This document shows, in pieces, positions 1-10,047 of a stretch of 64,000 nucleotides of DNA (positions are counted from its first letter, which is position 1; each line of letters begins with the position of its first letter). The DNA is taken from assembly GCA_011389955.1 (NCBI GenBank), contig JAABTI010000001.1:17589-81588 (forward strand), read 5' to 3'. A program made the position numbers and the translations under genes. The notes under the pieces are model-generated. The model had not been told where the DNA came from. It did not search any database and saw only the letters and a program-made list of their open reading frames with translations. Origin of the DNA: Paracoccaceae bacterium (lineage in GTDB: Bacteria > Pseudomonadota > Alphaproteobacteria > Rhodobacterales > Rhodobacteraceae).

Positions 1-682
1 GGCGGTAGGCGGAATCGTTATCATCGCCGGAAAAGGCAAAGACGAAGCAGTGAATCGCGCGCGGCATCCGCCTGAACAGGCTGAGAGCGCGAGAGTCTAT
101 CCCCGGCACGAAGCGGCGCACGCGAGACACAGCATCGCCGCGGTCATCCTCGCCCAGAACCAGGACGAGGAAGTTGGGGTTGTGGTCAACCATGCGGATG
201 GAATGACCGGTCAGGTCGGCCAGGCGGGTGGTGTAGCGTGCGAGGGTGGCGCGATCTTGCTGGCGTATTTCGGGTCCGACCGTGTCGCCGAACTCGACTC
301 CGATACGCACCGGCACGTCCCAGCGGCGCAACGCGCCGGCGCGTCCGTCAGAGGACGTCAGCCCGGCGCCGCGGCGGTATTCGTCGTAGAACGCGATCTT
401 CTCGAAGTTGCGCAGCAGCATCGTGTCGGTATAGGGGGTATCCCGCCCGCCACCATCGCTGCGCAGCAATCCCTTGGCCAGCGATTGCTGTTCCAGGCGG
501 GTGTAGTAGCGTGACAAACGCGCGCTGCGCTCCGATGGCTCGACCGGGTTGGTTTGCAGGCTGTCGGGCCGCGCCTGCGGAGCAACGGGCTGCGCGCCCT
601 GGTTGAAAGGCTGGCACGCGGCCACGGCGACCAGCGTCGCGCCCAGGGCCATGCCGCGCGCGCTGCGCATGATCCGCGACAT
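1..682 (-). CDS. DUF2927-like lipoprotein (3' end runs off the window)
   Basis: Not in the ORF track because there is no stop in the window. Manual translation from ATG at 682: MSRIMRSARGMALGATLVAVAACQ...GLLRSDGGGRDTPYTDTMLLRNFEKIAFYDEY...LRRWDVPV. It has a VAAC lipobox and motifs I recognise from Rhodobacterales DUF2927 proteins. Confidence 0.8.
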   Translation of the reverse strand, partial: MSRIMRSARGMALGATLVAVAACQPFNQGAQPVAPQARPDSLQTNPVEPSERSARLSRYYTRLEQQSLAKGLLRSDGGGRDTPYTDTMLLRNFEKIAFYDEYRRGAGLTSSDGRAGALRRWDVPVRIGVEFGDTVGPEIRQQDRATLARYTTRLADLTGHSIRMVDHNPNFLVLVLGEDDRGDAVSRVRRFVPGIDSRALSLFRRMPRAIHCFVFAFSGDDNDSAYR

Positions 683-788
683 GGGACGTTTGCGGGGGCC
701 TGCGGGGGTCATCGGGCGCTCCGGGCGGTTGATGGCATCTCGCAAGTATAGGTACAGGGGCGTGAAATATCCAGCACTACGGCGCGAT

Positions 789-1610
789 TCAGCTGCGGCG
801 TTTGCGGACGGGCCGCGGGCCGGTGGCGCGCCTGGCGGTGCCGGTGGGTTGCTGCGCGGGGGCGTCGGTGCCCGCGTCGGCGTCGTAGCCCAGCTGATCG
901 CGCAGAACGCGGCGGCGCACCTCTTCCACCTGGCCGGGTTTGAGCTGCCCCAACTGGAACGGCCCGTAGGACACGCGGATCAGGCGATTGACGCTCAGAC
1001 CGACCTCTTCCATGGCGCGGCGGATTTCGCGGTTGCGTCCCTCGCGCAGCCCGACGGTCAGCCAGGCGTTGGCGCCTTGTTGCCGATCGAGCGTGACGCT
1101 CATCGGCTGGAACGTCTCGCCCTGGGAGGTGACGCCGCGACGCAGCGGCGCAAGCATGTCCTCGGTGACGCGGCCGTTGACGCGGACGCGATACTTGCGC
1201 AGCCAGCCGGTCGAGGGCAGTTCAAGGCGGCGCTTGATCGCGCCGTCATTGGTCAGCAGCAGCAATCCCTCGGAGTTCAGGTCGAGGCGGCCGATGCTCA
1301 TCACCCGGGGCATGTCGTCGGGCAGCTTGTCGAAGATTGTGGCGCGGCCCTTTTCGTCGCGCGCGGTGCTGACCAGGCCGGTGGGCTTGTGATAGAGCCA
1401 CAGGCGCGCCGGTTCGGGCGCGGCCAGCGCCTTGCCGTCCACCGCGACGCGATCGGCGGCGGTGACATTGAGCGCGGGGCTGTCGATCACGCGGCCAGCG
1501 ACGCTGACCCTGCCTTCGGCGATCAGGCGCTCGGCCTCGCGGCGGGAGGCGCGCCCGGCGCGGGCGATCACCTTGGCGATGCGTTCGCCCTTGGGGCTGT
1601 CGTTGGTCAC
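789..1610 (-). CDS. rRNA pseudouridine synthase, RsuA/RluB family
   Basis: S4-like N-terminus (ERIAKVIARAGRASRREAE), HKPTG, catalytic GRLDLNSEGLLLLTNDG and EGRNREIRR motifs. Confidence 0.92.
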   Translation of the reverse strand: MTNDSPKGERIAKVIARAGRASRREAERLIAEGRVSVAGRVIDSPALNVTAADRVAVDGKALAAPEPARLWLYHKPTGLVSTARDEKGRATIFDKLPDDMPRVMSIGRLDLNSEGLLLLTNDGAIKRRLELPSTGWLRKYRVRVNGRVTEDMLAPLRRGVTSQGETFQPMSVTLDRQQGANAWLTVGLREGRNREIRRAMEEVGLSVNRLIRVSYGPFQLGQLKPGQVEEVRRRVLRDQLGYDADAGTDAPAQQPTGTARRATGPRPVRKRRS

Positions 1611-1698
1611 GGTCGAAAACTCTTCTGTCAGGGGTGCGGCGCAGCCTTAGCGCAAAATCCGCCATTGCGAAAGCGCCGATGACGGGGCAGTCAGAGGC

Positions 1699-2148
1699 AT
1701 GGAATTCAACAGTCACATGCAGGCGGCGCTGGCCGAGGCCCGTGCCGCCGCGGCGCGCGGCGAGGTGCCGGTGGGCGCGGTGGTGATCGGGCCGGATGGC
1801 GCGATGCTGGCACGGGCGGGCAACCGCACGCTGGAGTTGCGCGACCCGACCGCCCATGCCGAGATGCTGGCGATCCGCGCCGCCTGTGAGCACCTGCGCA
1901 GCGAGCGGCTGACGGGGTGCGCGCTCTACGTGACGCTGGAGCCCTGCCCGATGTGCGCGCAGGCGATATCGGCGGCGCGCATCGCGCGGCTTTACTACGG
2001 CGCGGCCGATCCCAAGTCGGGCGGCATCGCGCAGGGGCCGCGTATTTACAGCCACGCGCAATGCCACCACGTGCCCGAGATTTATGACGGCATTGGCGCG
2101 GCGCAGGCCGAAGCCCTGCTCAAGACCTTTTTCGCCGCGCGCCGGTGA
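1699..2148 (+). CDS. tadA: tRNA adenosine deaminase / nucleoside deaminase
   Basis: GEVPVGAV, DPTAHAE and TLEPCPMC zinc deaminase motifs. Confidence 0.88.
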   Translation: MEFNSHMQAALAEARAAAARGEVPVGAVVIGPDGAMLARAGNRTLELRDPTAHAEMLAIRAACEHLRSERLTGCALYVTLEPCPMCAQAISAARIARLYYGAADPKSGGIAQGPRIYSHAQCHHVPEIYDGIGAAQAEALLKTFFAARR

Positions 2149-2166
2149 CGCCCGGGCGGTCGCGCG

Positions 2167-2862
2167 TCACAGCGTGATCGTCTCCATCACCTCGGGAGTG
2201 AGGACATCGACGCCGGGAAGGGCCGCGACCATGGCGTCGGCCGATTGTTCCAGCAGCGGAAATGTCTTGTAGTGGCAGGGGATCACCGTCCTGAAGTCGA
2301 AGAACCGCTTGGCGGCGTAGGCGGCGCGTTTCATGTCCATGGTGAAGTGTCCGCCGGCGCACAGGATCCCGATATCGGGTTGGTGCAGGTCGGCCAGCAC
2401 CTCCATGTCGGCCATCACGTCGGTATCGCCGGACACGTAGATCGTGTGCCCCTCGCCCGCGATCATGAAGCCCGATTCGTGCCCCGTATAGACCGGGGTT
2501 CCGTCATCACCGGCCAGCGAGGAGGAATGCGCCGCGTTGACCATGGTGACCGCCACGTCGCCCAGCATCACCGTGCCGCCCTTGTTGAAGCCGACGGTTT
2601 CGATTCCGTGCCGGTTTTCCAGCCATCCCGCCAGGTCGAAGATGGTGACGACGGGGATGCCCAGCTCCTGCGCGATGGGGGCGGCATCGTTGACATGGTC
2701 GAAATGGCCATGAGTGACCAGGACATGCGTGGCGCCGGCGATCGCCTCGGCGCGCCTTTCCTCGGGGAATGTCGGGTTGCCGGTGACCCAGGGATCGATC
2801 AGCAGGATCTGGTCGCCGATCTCGATGCGAAAGCCGGAATGGCCGAGCCAAGTGAGTTTCAT
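2167..2862 (-). CDS. Metal-dependent hydrolase, metallo-beta-lactamase fold (UPF0173-like)
   Basis: Start re-set to [11 protein letters not shown]; THGHFDH, SGDT and IPCHY motifs. Confidence 0.88.
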   Translation of the reverse strand: MKLTWLGHSGFRIEIGDQILLIDPWVTGNPTFPEERRAEAIAGATHVLVTHGHFDHVNDAAPIAQELGIPVVTIFDLAGWLENRHGIETVGFNKGGTVMLGDVAVTMVNAAHSSSLAGDDGTPVYTGHESGFMIAGEGHTIYVSGDTDVMADMEVLADLHQPDIGILCAGGHFTMDMKRAAYAAKRFFDFRTVIPCHYKTFPLLEQSADAMVAALPGVDVLTPEVMETITL

Positions 2863-3013
2863 TGCCGTGGTCCTTCTGTCTGGTGAACAATCGTGCGGGG
2901 GACAGCCTATCACGACATGCGGCCGCGGCCAGTGGGCGAGAGCGGGGCGATACGCTTGCAGGCGCGCGGCGAGGGCGCTAAACGCGGAGGCGACAGGAAT
3001 ACGGAGCTTGGCC

Positions 3014-3301
3014 ATGTCCATCGATCTCGAAACCGCCGCCCGCGTGGCGAAACTGGCGCGCATTCGCGTGGGTGATGACGCGCTGCCGGAACTGGCGGCT
3101 GAATTCAACAACATCCTGGGGTTCATCGAGCAGCTTGGCGAGGTTGATGTCGAGGGTGTGGAACCGATGACCAGCGTCACGCCGATGCGCCTGAAGCGGC
3201 GCGAGGACGAGGTGACCGATGGCCATCAGCAAGACAAGGTGCTGGCCAATGCGCCCGATGCGCGCGAGGGCTTTTTCGCGGTGCCGAAGGTGGTGGAATG
3301 A
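3014..3301 (+). CDS. gatC: Asp/Glu-tRNA amidotransferase subunit C
   Basis: [17 protein letters not shown]...FFAVPKVVE; overlaps the gatA start (ATGA). Confidence 0.95.
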   Translation: MSIDLETAARVAKLARIRVGDDALPELAAEFNNILGFIEQLGEVDVEGVEPMTSVTPMRLKRREDEVTDGHQQDKVLANAPDAREGFFAVPKVVE

Positions 3302-4782
3302 TGTCTGACATGAGCAAGATGACGCTGACGCAGGCGCGCGATGCGTTGCGCGCGGGCGAGGTGACCAGCGCCGAGCTGACCGAAAGCTTCCTAGGACGGA
3401 TCGATGCGGCGGGCGCGCTCAATGCCTTCGTGCACAATACGCCGGACCTGGCGCGCGCGCAGGCGGCCGCGGCCGACCGGCGCATCCAGGCGGGCGATGC
3501 GCCCGATCTGTGCGGTATTCCGCTGGGCATCAAGGATCTGTTCTGCACCGAGGGCGTGCCGAGCCAGGCGGGCAGCCGCATCCTGGAAGGGTTCGTGCCG
3601 CAATACGAATCCACCGTCACGCGCAACCTGCGTGAGGCGGGCGGCGTGATGCTGGGCAAGCTGAACATGGACGAGTTCGCCATGGGCAGTTCCAACGAGA
3701 CCAGCGTTTACGGCGATGCGGTCAACCCGTGGAAGGTGGATGACCGCGCGTTGACGCCCGGCGGCTCTTCGGGCGGATCGGCGGCGGCGGTGGCTGCGGA
3801 TCTGTGCGTCGCGGCCACGGGCACCGATACCGGCGGATCGATCCGGCAGCCGGCGGCGTTTACCGGGATCGTGGGGATCAAGCCCACTTACGGGCGGTGC
3901 TCGCGCTGGGGAATCGTGGCCTTTGCCAGTTCGCTGGACCAGGCCGGCCCGATGACCAAGACGGTACGTGATTCGGCGATCATGCTGGGCGCGATGGCCG
4001 GGCATGACCCGCGCGACAGCACCAGCGCCGACATCGCGGTGCCGGATTTCGAGGAGATGCTGACCGGGGACATTCGCGGCAAGGTGATCGGGATTCCGCA
4101 AGAATACCAAGTCGATGGAATGCCGAAAGAGATCAGTGACCTTTGGGCAAATGGCACCGAGATGCTAAAGTCTGCGGGTGCTGAAATTCGCTGGATTTCG
4201 CTGCCGCACACGAAATACGCGTTGCCGGCCTATTACGTGATCGCTCCGGCGGAAGCGTCCAGTAACCTGGCGCGCTATGACGGGGTGCGCTATGGCCATC
4301 GTGCCACGCTGGAGGCGGGCGAGGGCATCGTCGAGATGTACGAGAAGACGCGCGCCGAAGGCTTTGGCGCCGAAGTGCAGCGCCGCGTGATGGTGGGCAC
4401 CTACGTGTTGTCGGCGGGGTTCTACGACGCTTATTACAACCGCGCCCGCAAGGTGCGCACGCTTATCAAGCGCGATTTCGACCAGGCGTTCGAGGCGGGG
4501 GTCGATGCGATCCTGACGCCCGCAACGCCGTCGGCGGCGTTCGGGTTGGGCGAAATGAGCGATGCCGACCCGGTGCAGATGTACCTCAACGACGTGTTCA
4601 CGGTGACGGTAAACCTGGCTGGTCTGCCCGGAATCAGCGTGCCCGCGGGCCTGAACGCGCAGGGCTTGCCACTGGGGCTGCAACTGATCGGGCGCCCGTG
4701 GGAAGAGGGCGATCTGCTGAACACCGCCTATGCGCTGGAAAGCGCGGCGGGGTTTGTGGAAAAGCCTGCGCAATGGTGGTAG
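3298..4782 (+). CDS. gatA: Asp/Glu-tRNA amidotransferase subunit A
   Basis: Amidase signature [32 protein letters not shown] and [13 protein letters not shown]. Confidence 0.97.
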   Translation: MMSDMSKMTLTQARDALRAGEVTSAELTESFLGRIDAAGALNAFVHNTPDLARAQAAAADRRIQAGDAPDLCGIPLGIKDLFCTEGVPSQAGSRILEGFVPQYESTVTRNLREAGGVMLGKLNMDEFAMGSSNETSVYGDAVNPWKVDDRALTPGGSSGGSAAAVAADLCVAATGTDTGGSIRQPAAFTGIVGIKPTYGRCSRWGIVAFASSLDQAGPMTKTVRDSAIMLGAMAGHDPRDSTSADIAVPDFEEMLTGDIRGKVIGIPQEYQVDGMPKEISDLWANGTEMLKSAGAEIRWISLPHTKYALPAYYVIAPAEASSNLARYDGVRYGHRATLEAGEGIVEMYEKTRAEGFGAEVQRRVMVGTYVLSAGFYDAYYNRARKVRTLIKRDFDQAFEAGVDAILTPATPSAAFGLGEMSDADPVQMYLNDVFTVTVNLAGLPGISVPAGLNAQGLPLGLQLIGRPWEEGDLLNTAYALESAAGFVEKPAQWW

Positions 4783-4820
4783 AACGCCGGTAAAACCACG
4801 ATCAGGCGGGATCACGAGAG

Positions 4821-5615
4821 ATGCGGTATACGACCTATGGCGCGGCCCTTGGGGCCGCCTTCGCCGTGTTGGCGGGCTGTGCCCCCACGGTGCCGGACAG
4901 CGGCGCCGGCGTCGGCTTTGGCAACTATGACAGTTATGCCCAGCAGCAGGCCGCGCGCGAGGCGCAGTTGAGCGGCCAGCAACAGTCGAGCGCGAGCGGG
5001 CTGGCGCAGCAGCAGGACGATACCATGACTGGCGCGCCGCTGTCGGCGACGGGGCAGGCGATGGCGCCGTTACCGCCCGATGAGCAGGAAGCCGATGGTC
5101 AGGAGCAGGTCGATCCGGTCGATCAACTGGCCGCCGACACCGCCGCCGCGCTCAATTCCGGCGAAGAGCCGTTGCAGGCCGATCCCAACAACCCGCCGCC
5201 CGAGGCGGTCAACGAGATGGGCATTTCCCGGGAAAACGATTTCGACGATGTGTCGGGCCTGCGCAGCATCGAATCCGATGCCGAGAGGATTGAGCGCAAC
5301 CGCGATCAATACGAGGTGGTTCAACCCGAGGCCCTGCCGGAGCGCGAGGGCAAGGAAGGGCCGAACATCGTGGCCTATGCGCTGCGCACGACCAACCCGG
5401 TGGGCACGCCGTTGTACAACCGGATGACGCTGTTCGACACCGAGGCGCGGACGAAGCGCAACTGCGCGAAGTATCCATCCGCCGACCAGGCGCAGATCGA
5501 TTTCCTGGAGCGCGGCGGCCCCGAGCGGGATCGGCTGGGTCTTGATCCCGATGGCGACGGGTTCGCTTGCGACTGGGATCCCGAGCCTTTCCGCAGCGCG
5601 CGCGACGCGGAGTGA
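4821..5615 (+). CDS. Acidic lipoprotein with C-terminal Excalibur-like Ca-binding motif
   Basis: Lipobox LAGC; low-complexity D/E/Q-rich middle; C-terminal NC...LDPDGDGFAC. Confidence 0.7.
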   Translation: MRYTTYGAALGAAFAVLAGCAPTVPDSGAGVGFGNYDSYAQQQAAREAQLSGQQQSSASGLAQQQDDTMTGAPLSATGQAMAPLPPDEQEADGQEQVDPVDQLAADTAAALNSGEEPLQADPNNPPPEAVNEMGISRENDFDDVSGLRSIESDAERIERNRDQYEVVQPEALPEREGKEGPNIVAYALRTTNPVGTPLYNRMTLFDTEARTKRNCAKYPSADQAQIDFLERGGPERDRLGLDPDGDGFACDWDPEPFRSARDAE

Positions 5616-6334
5616 TCTGCGTGCCGACGGCGGCGCATGACGGTGCGTTGTGGCATCCCTCGCCCAATTGCGGCGCGCGCCGCGGCGGGGCCCTGCCTGA
5701 TACGGTGGTTGTGCATTACACCGCGATGGCCAGCGCCGAGGCGGCGCTGGCGCGGCTGTGCGATCCGGGTGCGGAGGTGTCGGCGCATTACCTGATCTGC
5801 GAGCGCGGGCGGCTTTGGCAACTGGTGGCGGAGGCGGATCGCGCTTGGCATGCGGGGGCCGGCCGGTGGGGCGCTGTGGGTGATGTGAACTCGGCCTCGA
5901 TCGGTATCGAGCTGGCCAATCGCGGCGATCATCCGTTTCCCGATCCGCAGATGCGCGTGCTTGAGAAGGTGCTGAGCGGGGTCATTGGGCGGTGGAGCAT
6001 CCGGCCCGAACGTGTCATCGCCCATTCCGACATGGCGCCCGAGCGCAAGCGCGATCCCGGCGCGCGGTTCGACTGGCGGCGACTGGCGCGGGCGGGGCTG
6101 TCGATCTGGCCCGAGGCGGCGCCGGCGGCAGAAGAGCGCCCCGACGCGGCGCGGTTGCGGAAACTGGCGGAGCGGATCGGCTATGACCCGCGGGCCAGCG
6201 ACGCGGCGCTGTTGTCGGCGTTGCGGCTGCGGTTTCGGCCATGGGGACGCGGGCCGCTGTCGGCGGCGGATATGGGCGTGGCCGTTGACCTGGCGCGCCG
6301 CTTTCCCGTTGACCGGGGCGATGTGAGCGCATAA
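5612..6334 (+). CDS. N-acetylmuramoyl-L-alanine amidase (Amidase_2/AmpD-like)
   Basis: VVVHYTA, VSAHYLI, RAWHAG, NSASIGIEL and HSDMAPERKRDPG motifs. The in-frame GTG at 5612 overlaps the upstream TGA; exact start is uncertain. Confidence 0.9.
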   Translation: MICVPTAAHDGALWHPSPNCGARRGGALPDTVVVHYTAMASAEAALARLCDPGAEVSAHYLICERGRLWQLVAEADRAWHAGAGRWGAVGDVNSASIGIELANRGDHPFPDPQMRVLEKVLSGVIGRWSIRPERVIAHSDMAPERKRDPGARFDWRRLARAGLSIWPEAAPAAEERPDAARLRKLAERIGYDPRASDAALLSALRLRFRPWGRGPLSAADMGVAVDLARRFPVDRGDVSA

Positions 6335-6336
6335 AT
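6309..6336 (+). promoter_or_regulatory. Putative sigma70-like promoter for rnpB within the amidase 3' end
   Basis: TTGACC at 6309-6314, then ATAAAT at 6331-6336, about 9 nt before the RNA 5' end. Confidence 0.45.
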
Positions 6337-6344
6337 GCCGAGAC

Positions 6345-6751
6345 GCGCGGAGGGCTGGATGGCCGCGGCGCGGCATCGTCCGCGTCGAGGAAAGTCCGGA
6401 CTCCACAAGGCAACGGTGCCGGGTAACGCCCGGCCGGGGAAACCCGAGGGAAAGCGCCACAGAGAACAGACCGCCGGCCACCACGGCCGGTAAGGGTGAA
6501 ACGGTGGGGTAAGAGCCCACCGGGGGGCTGGCAACAGCGCCCGCATGGCAAGCCCCACCGGGAGCAATGCCAAATAGGGGCCCCGCGCGGGTTGATCGGG
6601 GCGCAAGCGCCGATATCACCGCAGGGCACGTCTTGGCCCGGGGGCCCGGGTTGGCAGCTTGAGGCGCGCGGGTAACCGCGCGTCCAGAGGAATGGTCATC
6701 CACCGCGCCGTAAGGTGCGGGGACAGAATCCGGCTTACAGGCTCTCCGCGC
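6345..6751 (+). ncRNA. rnpB: RNase P RNA, class A
   Basis: Conserved GAGGAAAGTCCGG, GGGTGAAACGG..GGTAAGAGC, GAGCAA..CCAAATAG and 3' ACAGAATCCGGCTTA; the 5' and 3' ends pair as P1 (GCGCGGAG...CTCCGCGC). Confidence 0.97.
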
Positions 6752-6857
6752 TTCATTTATGGCGGTTAAGCGGTTGACTCGCGCCGCGCCATGCGTAAAA
6801 GGCGAGGTTCATGAGAATTTCACGGGCGGAGCGTCTGCCCGGCGCAGGAGAATACCA

Positions 6858-7025
6858 ATGGCGAAGCCGACGACCATCAAGATCCGTCTGAACTCGACCG
6901 CGGGCACGGGCCATTTCTATGTGACCAAGAAGAACGCCCGCACCATGACCGAGAAGATGACGGTGCGCAAATACGACCCCGTCGTGCGCAAGCATGTTGA
7001 GTACAAGGAAGGCAAGATCAAGTAA
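6858..7025 (+). CDS. rpmG: 50S ribosomal protein L33
   Basis: [26 protein letters not shown]...[18 protein letters not shown]; AGGAG SD upstream. Confidence 0.97.
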   Translation: MAKPTTIKIRLNSTAGTGHFYVTKKNARTMTEKMTVRKYDPVVRKHVEYKEGKIK

Positions 7026-7053
7026 GTGATCGATGCCTTTCGTGATGCGGATC

Positions 7054-7078
7054 AGGCCACGCAGAGCGTGGCCTTTTT
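7054..7078 (+). terminator. Rho-independent terminator after rpmG
   Basis: AGGCCACGC-AGA-GCGTGGCCT hairpin followed by a T run. Confidence 0.8.
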
Positions 7079-7117
7079 CATGTCCGCCTCTTTGAAAATG
7101 AGACGCAGGATCAGGCC

Positions 7118-7816
7118 ATGCCGAAGGAAGGGCATTACGTGAACCGCACGGGGTGGCTGAGGGCTTCGGTTCTTGGCGCCAATGACGGGATCGTGTCCAC
7201 GGCCAGCTTGCTGGTCGGGGTGATCGCGGCGGGGATGGACCATGCCAACGTGGTGTTGACGGGGTTGGCGGGGTTGACCGCGGGGGCGTTTTCGATGGCG
7301 GCGGGGGAGTATGTTTCGGTCTCGGCGCAATCCGATACCGAGGCGGCCGACCTGGAGCGCGAGCGCCGCGCCTTGCGCGAGGACCCGGACTACGAGTTGG
7401 ACGAGTTGACGGCGCATTTCGCCGATAACGGCGTGCAGGGCGCCCTTGCCCGCGAAGTCGCCGTGCAGATGACCGAGCATGATGCGCTGGCCGCGCATGC
7501 GCGTTCGGAACTGGGCCTGTGGGAGGAAAGCGCGGCAAATCCGTTACAGGCGGCGTGGTCATCTGCGGTGAGCTTTGCCGTGGGGGCGGGATTGCCCCTG
7601 CTGGGGGTGTTGATGATGCCGGACGCCTCGGTGCCCGTGGGCATCGCGGTGGTGGCGGCGATGACCCTGCTGGCGCTTCTGGCACTGGGGGCGATGGGCG
7701 CGCATATGGGCGGCGCGCCGATCCGGGCCGGGGTGTTGCGGGTGCTGTTCTGGGGGTCGGTGGCGATGGCGGTGACCGCCGGTGTCGGACGACTGTTCGG
7801 GGTGACCATGGCCTGA
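7118..7816 (+). CDS. VIT1/CCC1 family Fe/Mn transporter
   Basis: WLRASVLGANDGIVS and AGAFSMAAGEYVSVS motifs; multiple TM segments. Confidence 0.92.
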   Translation: MPKEGHYVNRTGWLRASVLGANDGIVSTASLLVGVIAAGMDHANVVLTGLAGLTAGAFSMAAGEYVSVSAQSDTEAADLERERRALREDPDYELDELTAHFADNGVQGALAREVAVQMTEHDALAAHARSELGLWEESAANPLQAAWSSAVSFAVGAGLPLLGVLMMPDASVPVGIAVVAAMTLLALLALGAMGAHMGGAPIRAGVLRVLFWGSVAMAVTAGVGRLFGVTMA

Positions 7817-7850
7817 GACGCTGCGGGCCTGCGCGATCGCGCCGCGCAGC

Positions 7851-7881
7851 AAAAAGGGCCGGTCGCGTCGCGCCGGCCCTT
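7851..7881 (-). terminator. Terminator hairpin between the convergent VIT and yccA genes
   Basis: AAAAAGGGCCGG...CCGGCCCTT inverted repeat with a T tail on the minus strand. Confidence 0.7.
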
Positions 7882-7907
7882 GGCTAATGTCTGGAGGTGT
7901 GGCTGCG

Positions 7908-8684
7908 TTATTCCTGCTGGCCCATGAACATCAGCAGGAACTGGAACATGTTGAGGAAGTCCAGGTAAAGACTGAGTGCTCCATGAATGGCGGACTTGTC
8001 CAGCCAGTCCTGATCGCCATGCGCGGCATGTTGCAGATACTGGTTCTTGATGTGCTGGGTGTCATACGCGGTCAGTCCGGCAAAGATCAGCACACCGAGC
8101 GCCGAGATCGCGAACATGATCGCCGAAGACGCCAGGAAGATGTTGACAATCATCGCCACCAGCAGGCCGATCACGCCCATGATCAGGAACGATCCCCAGC
8201 CCGAGATATCCTTTTTCGTGGTGTATCCCCACAGCGACAGCCCCGCAAAGGCGATGGCCGTAACCAGAAATGTCTGCACGATCGAGAAGGAGGTGTAGAA
8301 GATGAAGATCGAGCTGAGAGCCACGCCGATCAGCGTTGCGAACACGAAGAAGAACAGCTGCGACGCCTGCGCCGATGCACGCTGCATCACAGTGCCGAAG
8401 CCGAAGACCATCAACAGCGGCGCGAACATGATTACCCATTTCAGCGGTGTCGTGTAGATCAGCGCGCCGAAATTCGTCAGCATCTTGCCGTTGCCGATCT
8501 CGCCCACCGCCATCGCCGGGTCGGTCGTGGTTGCCAGGCCCGAGATTGCCCATGCCGCCAGCGCCGTGATGAGCATGCCCCCGGACATGGTCGCGTAGAC
8601 CTTGTTCATGTGGGCGCGAAGCCCCGCGTCAATCTGGGCGGCGCTTCTGCCGGCCGCCGACCGGATCGTGTTCAAATTAGCCAT
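7908..8684 (-). CDS. Bax inhibitor-1/YccA family membrane protein
   Basis: IDAGLRAHMNKVY, GYTTKKDISGWG, TAYDTQ and ALSLYLDFLNMF motifs. Start re-set to MANLNT with a GGAGG SD. Confidence 0.92.
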   Translation of the reverse strand: MANLNTIRSAAGRSAAQIDAGLRAHMNKVYATMSGGMLITALAAWAISGLATTTDPAMAVGEIGNGKMLTNFGALIYTTPLKWVIMFAPLLMVFGFGTVMQRASAQASQLFFFVFATLIGVALSSIFIFYTSFSIVQTFLVTAIAFAGLSLWGYTTKKDISGWGSFLIMGVIGLLVAMIVNIFLASSAIMFAISALGVLIFAGLTAYDTQHIKNQYLQHAAHGDQDWLDKSAIHGALSLYLDFLNMFQFLLMFMGQQE

Positions 8685-8795
8685 TCGTGCCTCCGATGAT
8701 GAACCTTTGATCCCCTTTGAGGGGTCCAAGGCGAATATCGTGCACGGGGGCTCTGTTTTCAAGGCTTTCCGGCGGCGGGGGCGTTGTTTTTCGCC

Positions 8796-9017
8796 TCAGC
8801 GCAGCCAGTTATGCGGCACGTCCCAGACCGGGCGGCGCGCCTCGGACAGAGCGGTATCGCGGTTCAGGCCGATATCGTCCAGGGCGCGGTCGTCAAGCCG
8901 GGCCAGGGCGCGGCGCTGGGCGCGCAGCGAAAGCATGTTGCGCAAGCGCGCCAGAAGGCTGGGCTGGTGCGCGGTCACACGGGCGGCATCGCGGTGGATC
9001 GAGGTCAGGGTCGACAT
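8796..9017 (-). CDS. DUF1127 small Arg-rich protein
   Basis: RRALARLDDRALDDIGLNR motif; 73 aa. Confidence 0.9.
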   Translation of the reverse strand: MSTLTSIHRDAARVTAHQPSLLARLRNMLSLRAQRRALARLDDRALDDIGLNRDTALSEARRPVWDVPHNWLR

Positions 9018-9088
9018 GGCGGAGACTTTCGTGAATGTGATATGGATTCAGGTTTGCATCATCTGTGGTGATGTATATGGGGATTGTA

Positions 9089-9138
9089 TTCCATATTGGA
9101 AATGAATATTTTTTCGAAAACCCATCAAGTTTGGTGAT
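9089..9138. promoter_or_regulatory. Putative LysR T-N11-A boxes in the DUF1127/LysR divergent spacer
   Basis: TTCCA-N3-TGGAA (9089-9101) and ATCA-N7-TGAT (9124-9138) in an AT-rich spacer. Confidence 0.55.
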
Positions 9139-9141
9139 AGT

Positions 9142-9990
9142 ATGAGAAACCTCGATGTCACGACCCTGCGCTCGTTCATAGCGGTCGCCGATACCGGCGG
9201 CGTGACCCGCGCGGCGGGGCAGCTCAACCTGACGCAATCGGCGGTGTCGATGCAGGTCAAGCGGTTGGAGGACATGCTGGGCCAGTCCTTGTTGGAGCGG
9301 GCCAATCGCAGCGTGTCACTGACCGCCTCGGGGCAGCAGTTGCTGGGTTACGCGCGGCGTATCGTGGAGACGAACGACGACGCCATCGCGCGCCTGACGG
9401 ACCGGGTGTTTGAAGGCGAGATCGTTCTGGGCGTGCCGCATGACGTGGTCTACCCGGTCATTCCCACCGTCTTGAAGCGGTTTCACGCGCAGTATCCGCG
9501 CATGAAGGTCAACCTCCAGTCTTCTTACACGAACGGGCTGAAGCGACAATATGCGCGCGGCGAGGTCAACGTTATCCTGACCACCGAGACCGGCGTGGAC
9601 GCAGGCGGCGAAACTCTGGACGAGGTGCCGCTGCGCTGGATCGGGGCGCCGGGCGGCAGTGCGTGGAAACGGCGGCCACTGCGCCTTGCCTATTGCCGCT
9701 ACTGCAAGTTTCGTGATGGAGATATCGCGAGGCTGGATGAGGCGGGAGTCGATTGGGAAATGGCGGTGGATTCAGATTCCGACCGCACCATCGAGGCCAC
9801 GGTCAGTGCTGATCTGGCGATCACCTCGATGCTGGAAGGTCACGAGCCGCCGCACCTGGAATGTATCAATACCGGCGGTGGCCTGCCCGATCTTGGCGTG
9901 CAGAAGATCAACCTTTACGGCGGGCTGGCGCGGGACGAGATCCAGCGCGAGCTGTGCGCGATGATCCGCGAGGGGTTCGCCGCCCGCTGA
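9142..9990 (+). CDS. LysR family transcriptional regulator
   Basis: N-terminal HTH LRSFIAVADTGGVTRAAGQLNLTQSAVSMQVKRLE. Confidence 0.93.
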   Translation: MRNLDVTTLRSFIAVADTGGVTRAAGQLNLTQSAVSMQVKRLEDMLGQSLLERANRSVSLTASGQQLLGYARRIVETNDDAIARLTDRVFEGEIVLGVPHDVVYPVIPTVLKRFHAQYPRMKVNLQSSYTNGLKRQYARGEVNVILTTETGVDAGGETLDEVPLRWIGAPGGSAWKRRPLRLAYCRYCKFRDGDIARLDEAGVDWEMAVDSDSDRTIEATVSADLAITSMLEGHEPPHLECINTGGGLPDLGVQKINLYGGLARDEIQRELCAMIREGFAAR

Positions 9991-10047
9991 GACCGGTTGC
10001 GACGCCCGTCACGTTGCTGCGACCGCTTGCGCCGGGGTGCGCAACGG

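Noticed and set aside
3014-4782. gatCA without gatB
   Set aside because: A separated gatB is common in this group and is not evidence of loss.
5375-6703. 442-aa minus-strand ORF and other ORFs over 6015-6629
   Set aside because: They are antisense shadows of the amidase and rnpB.
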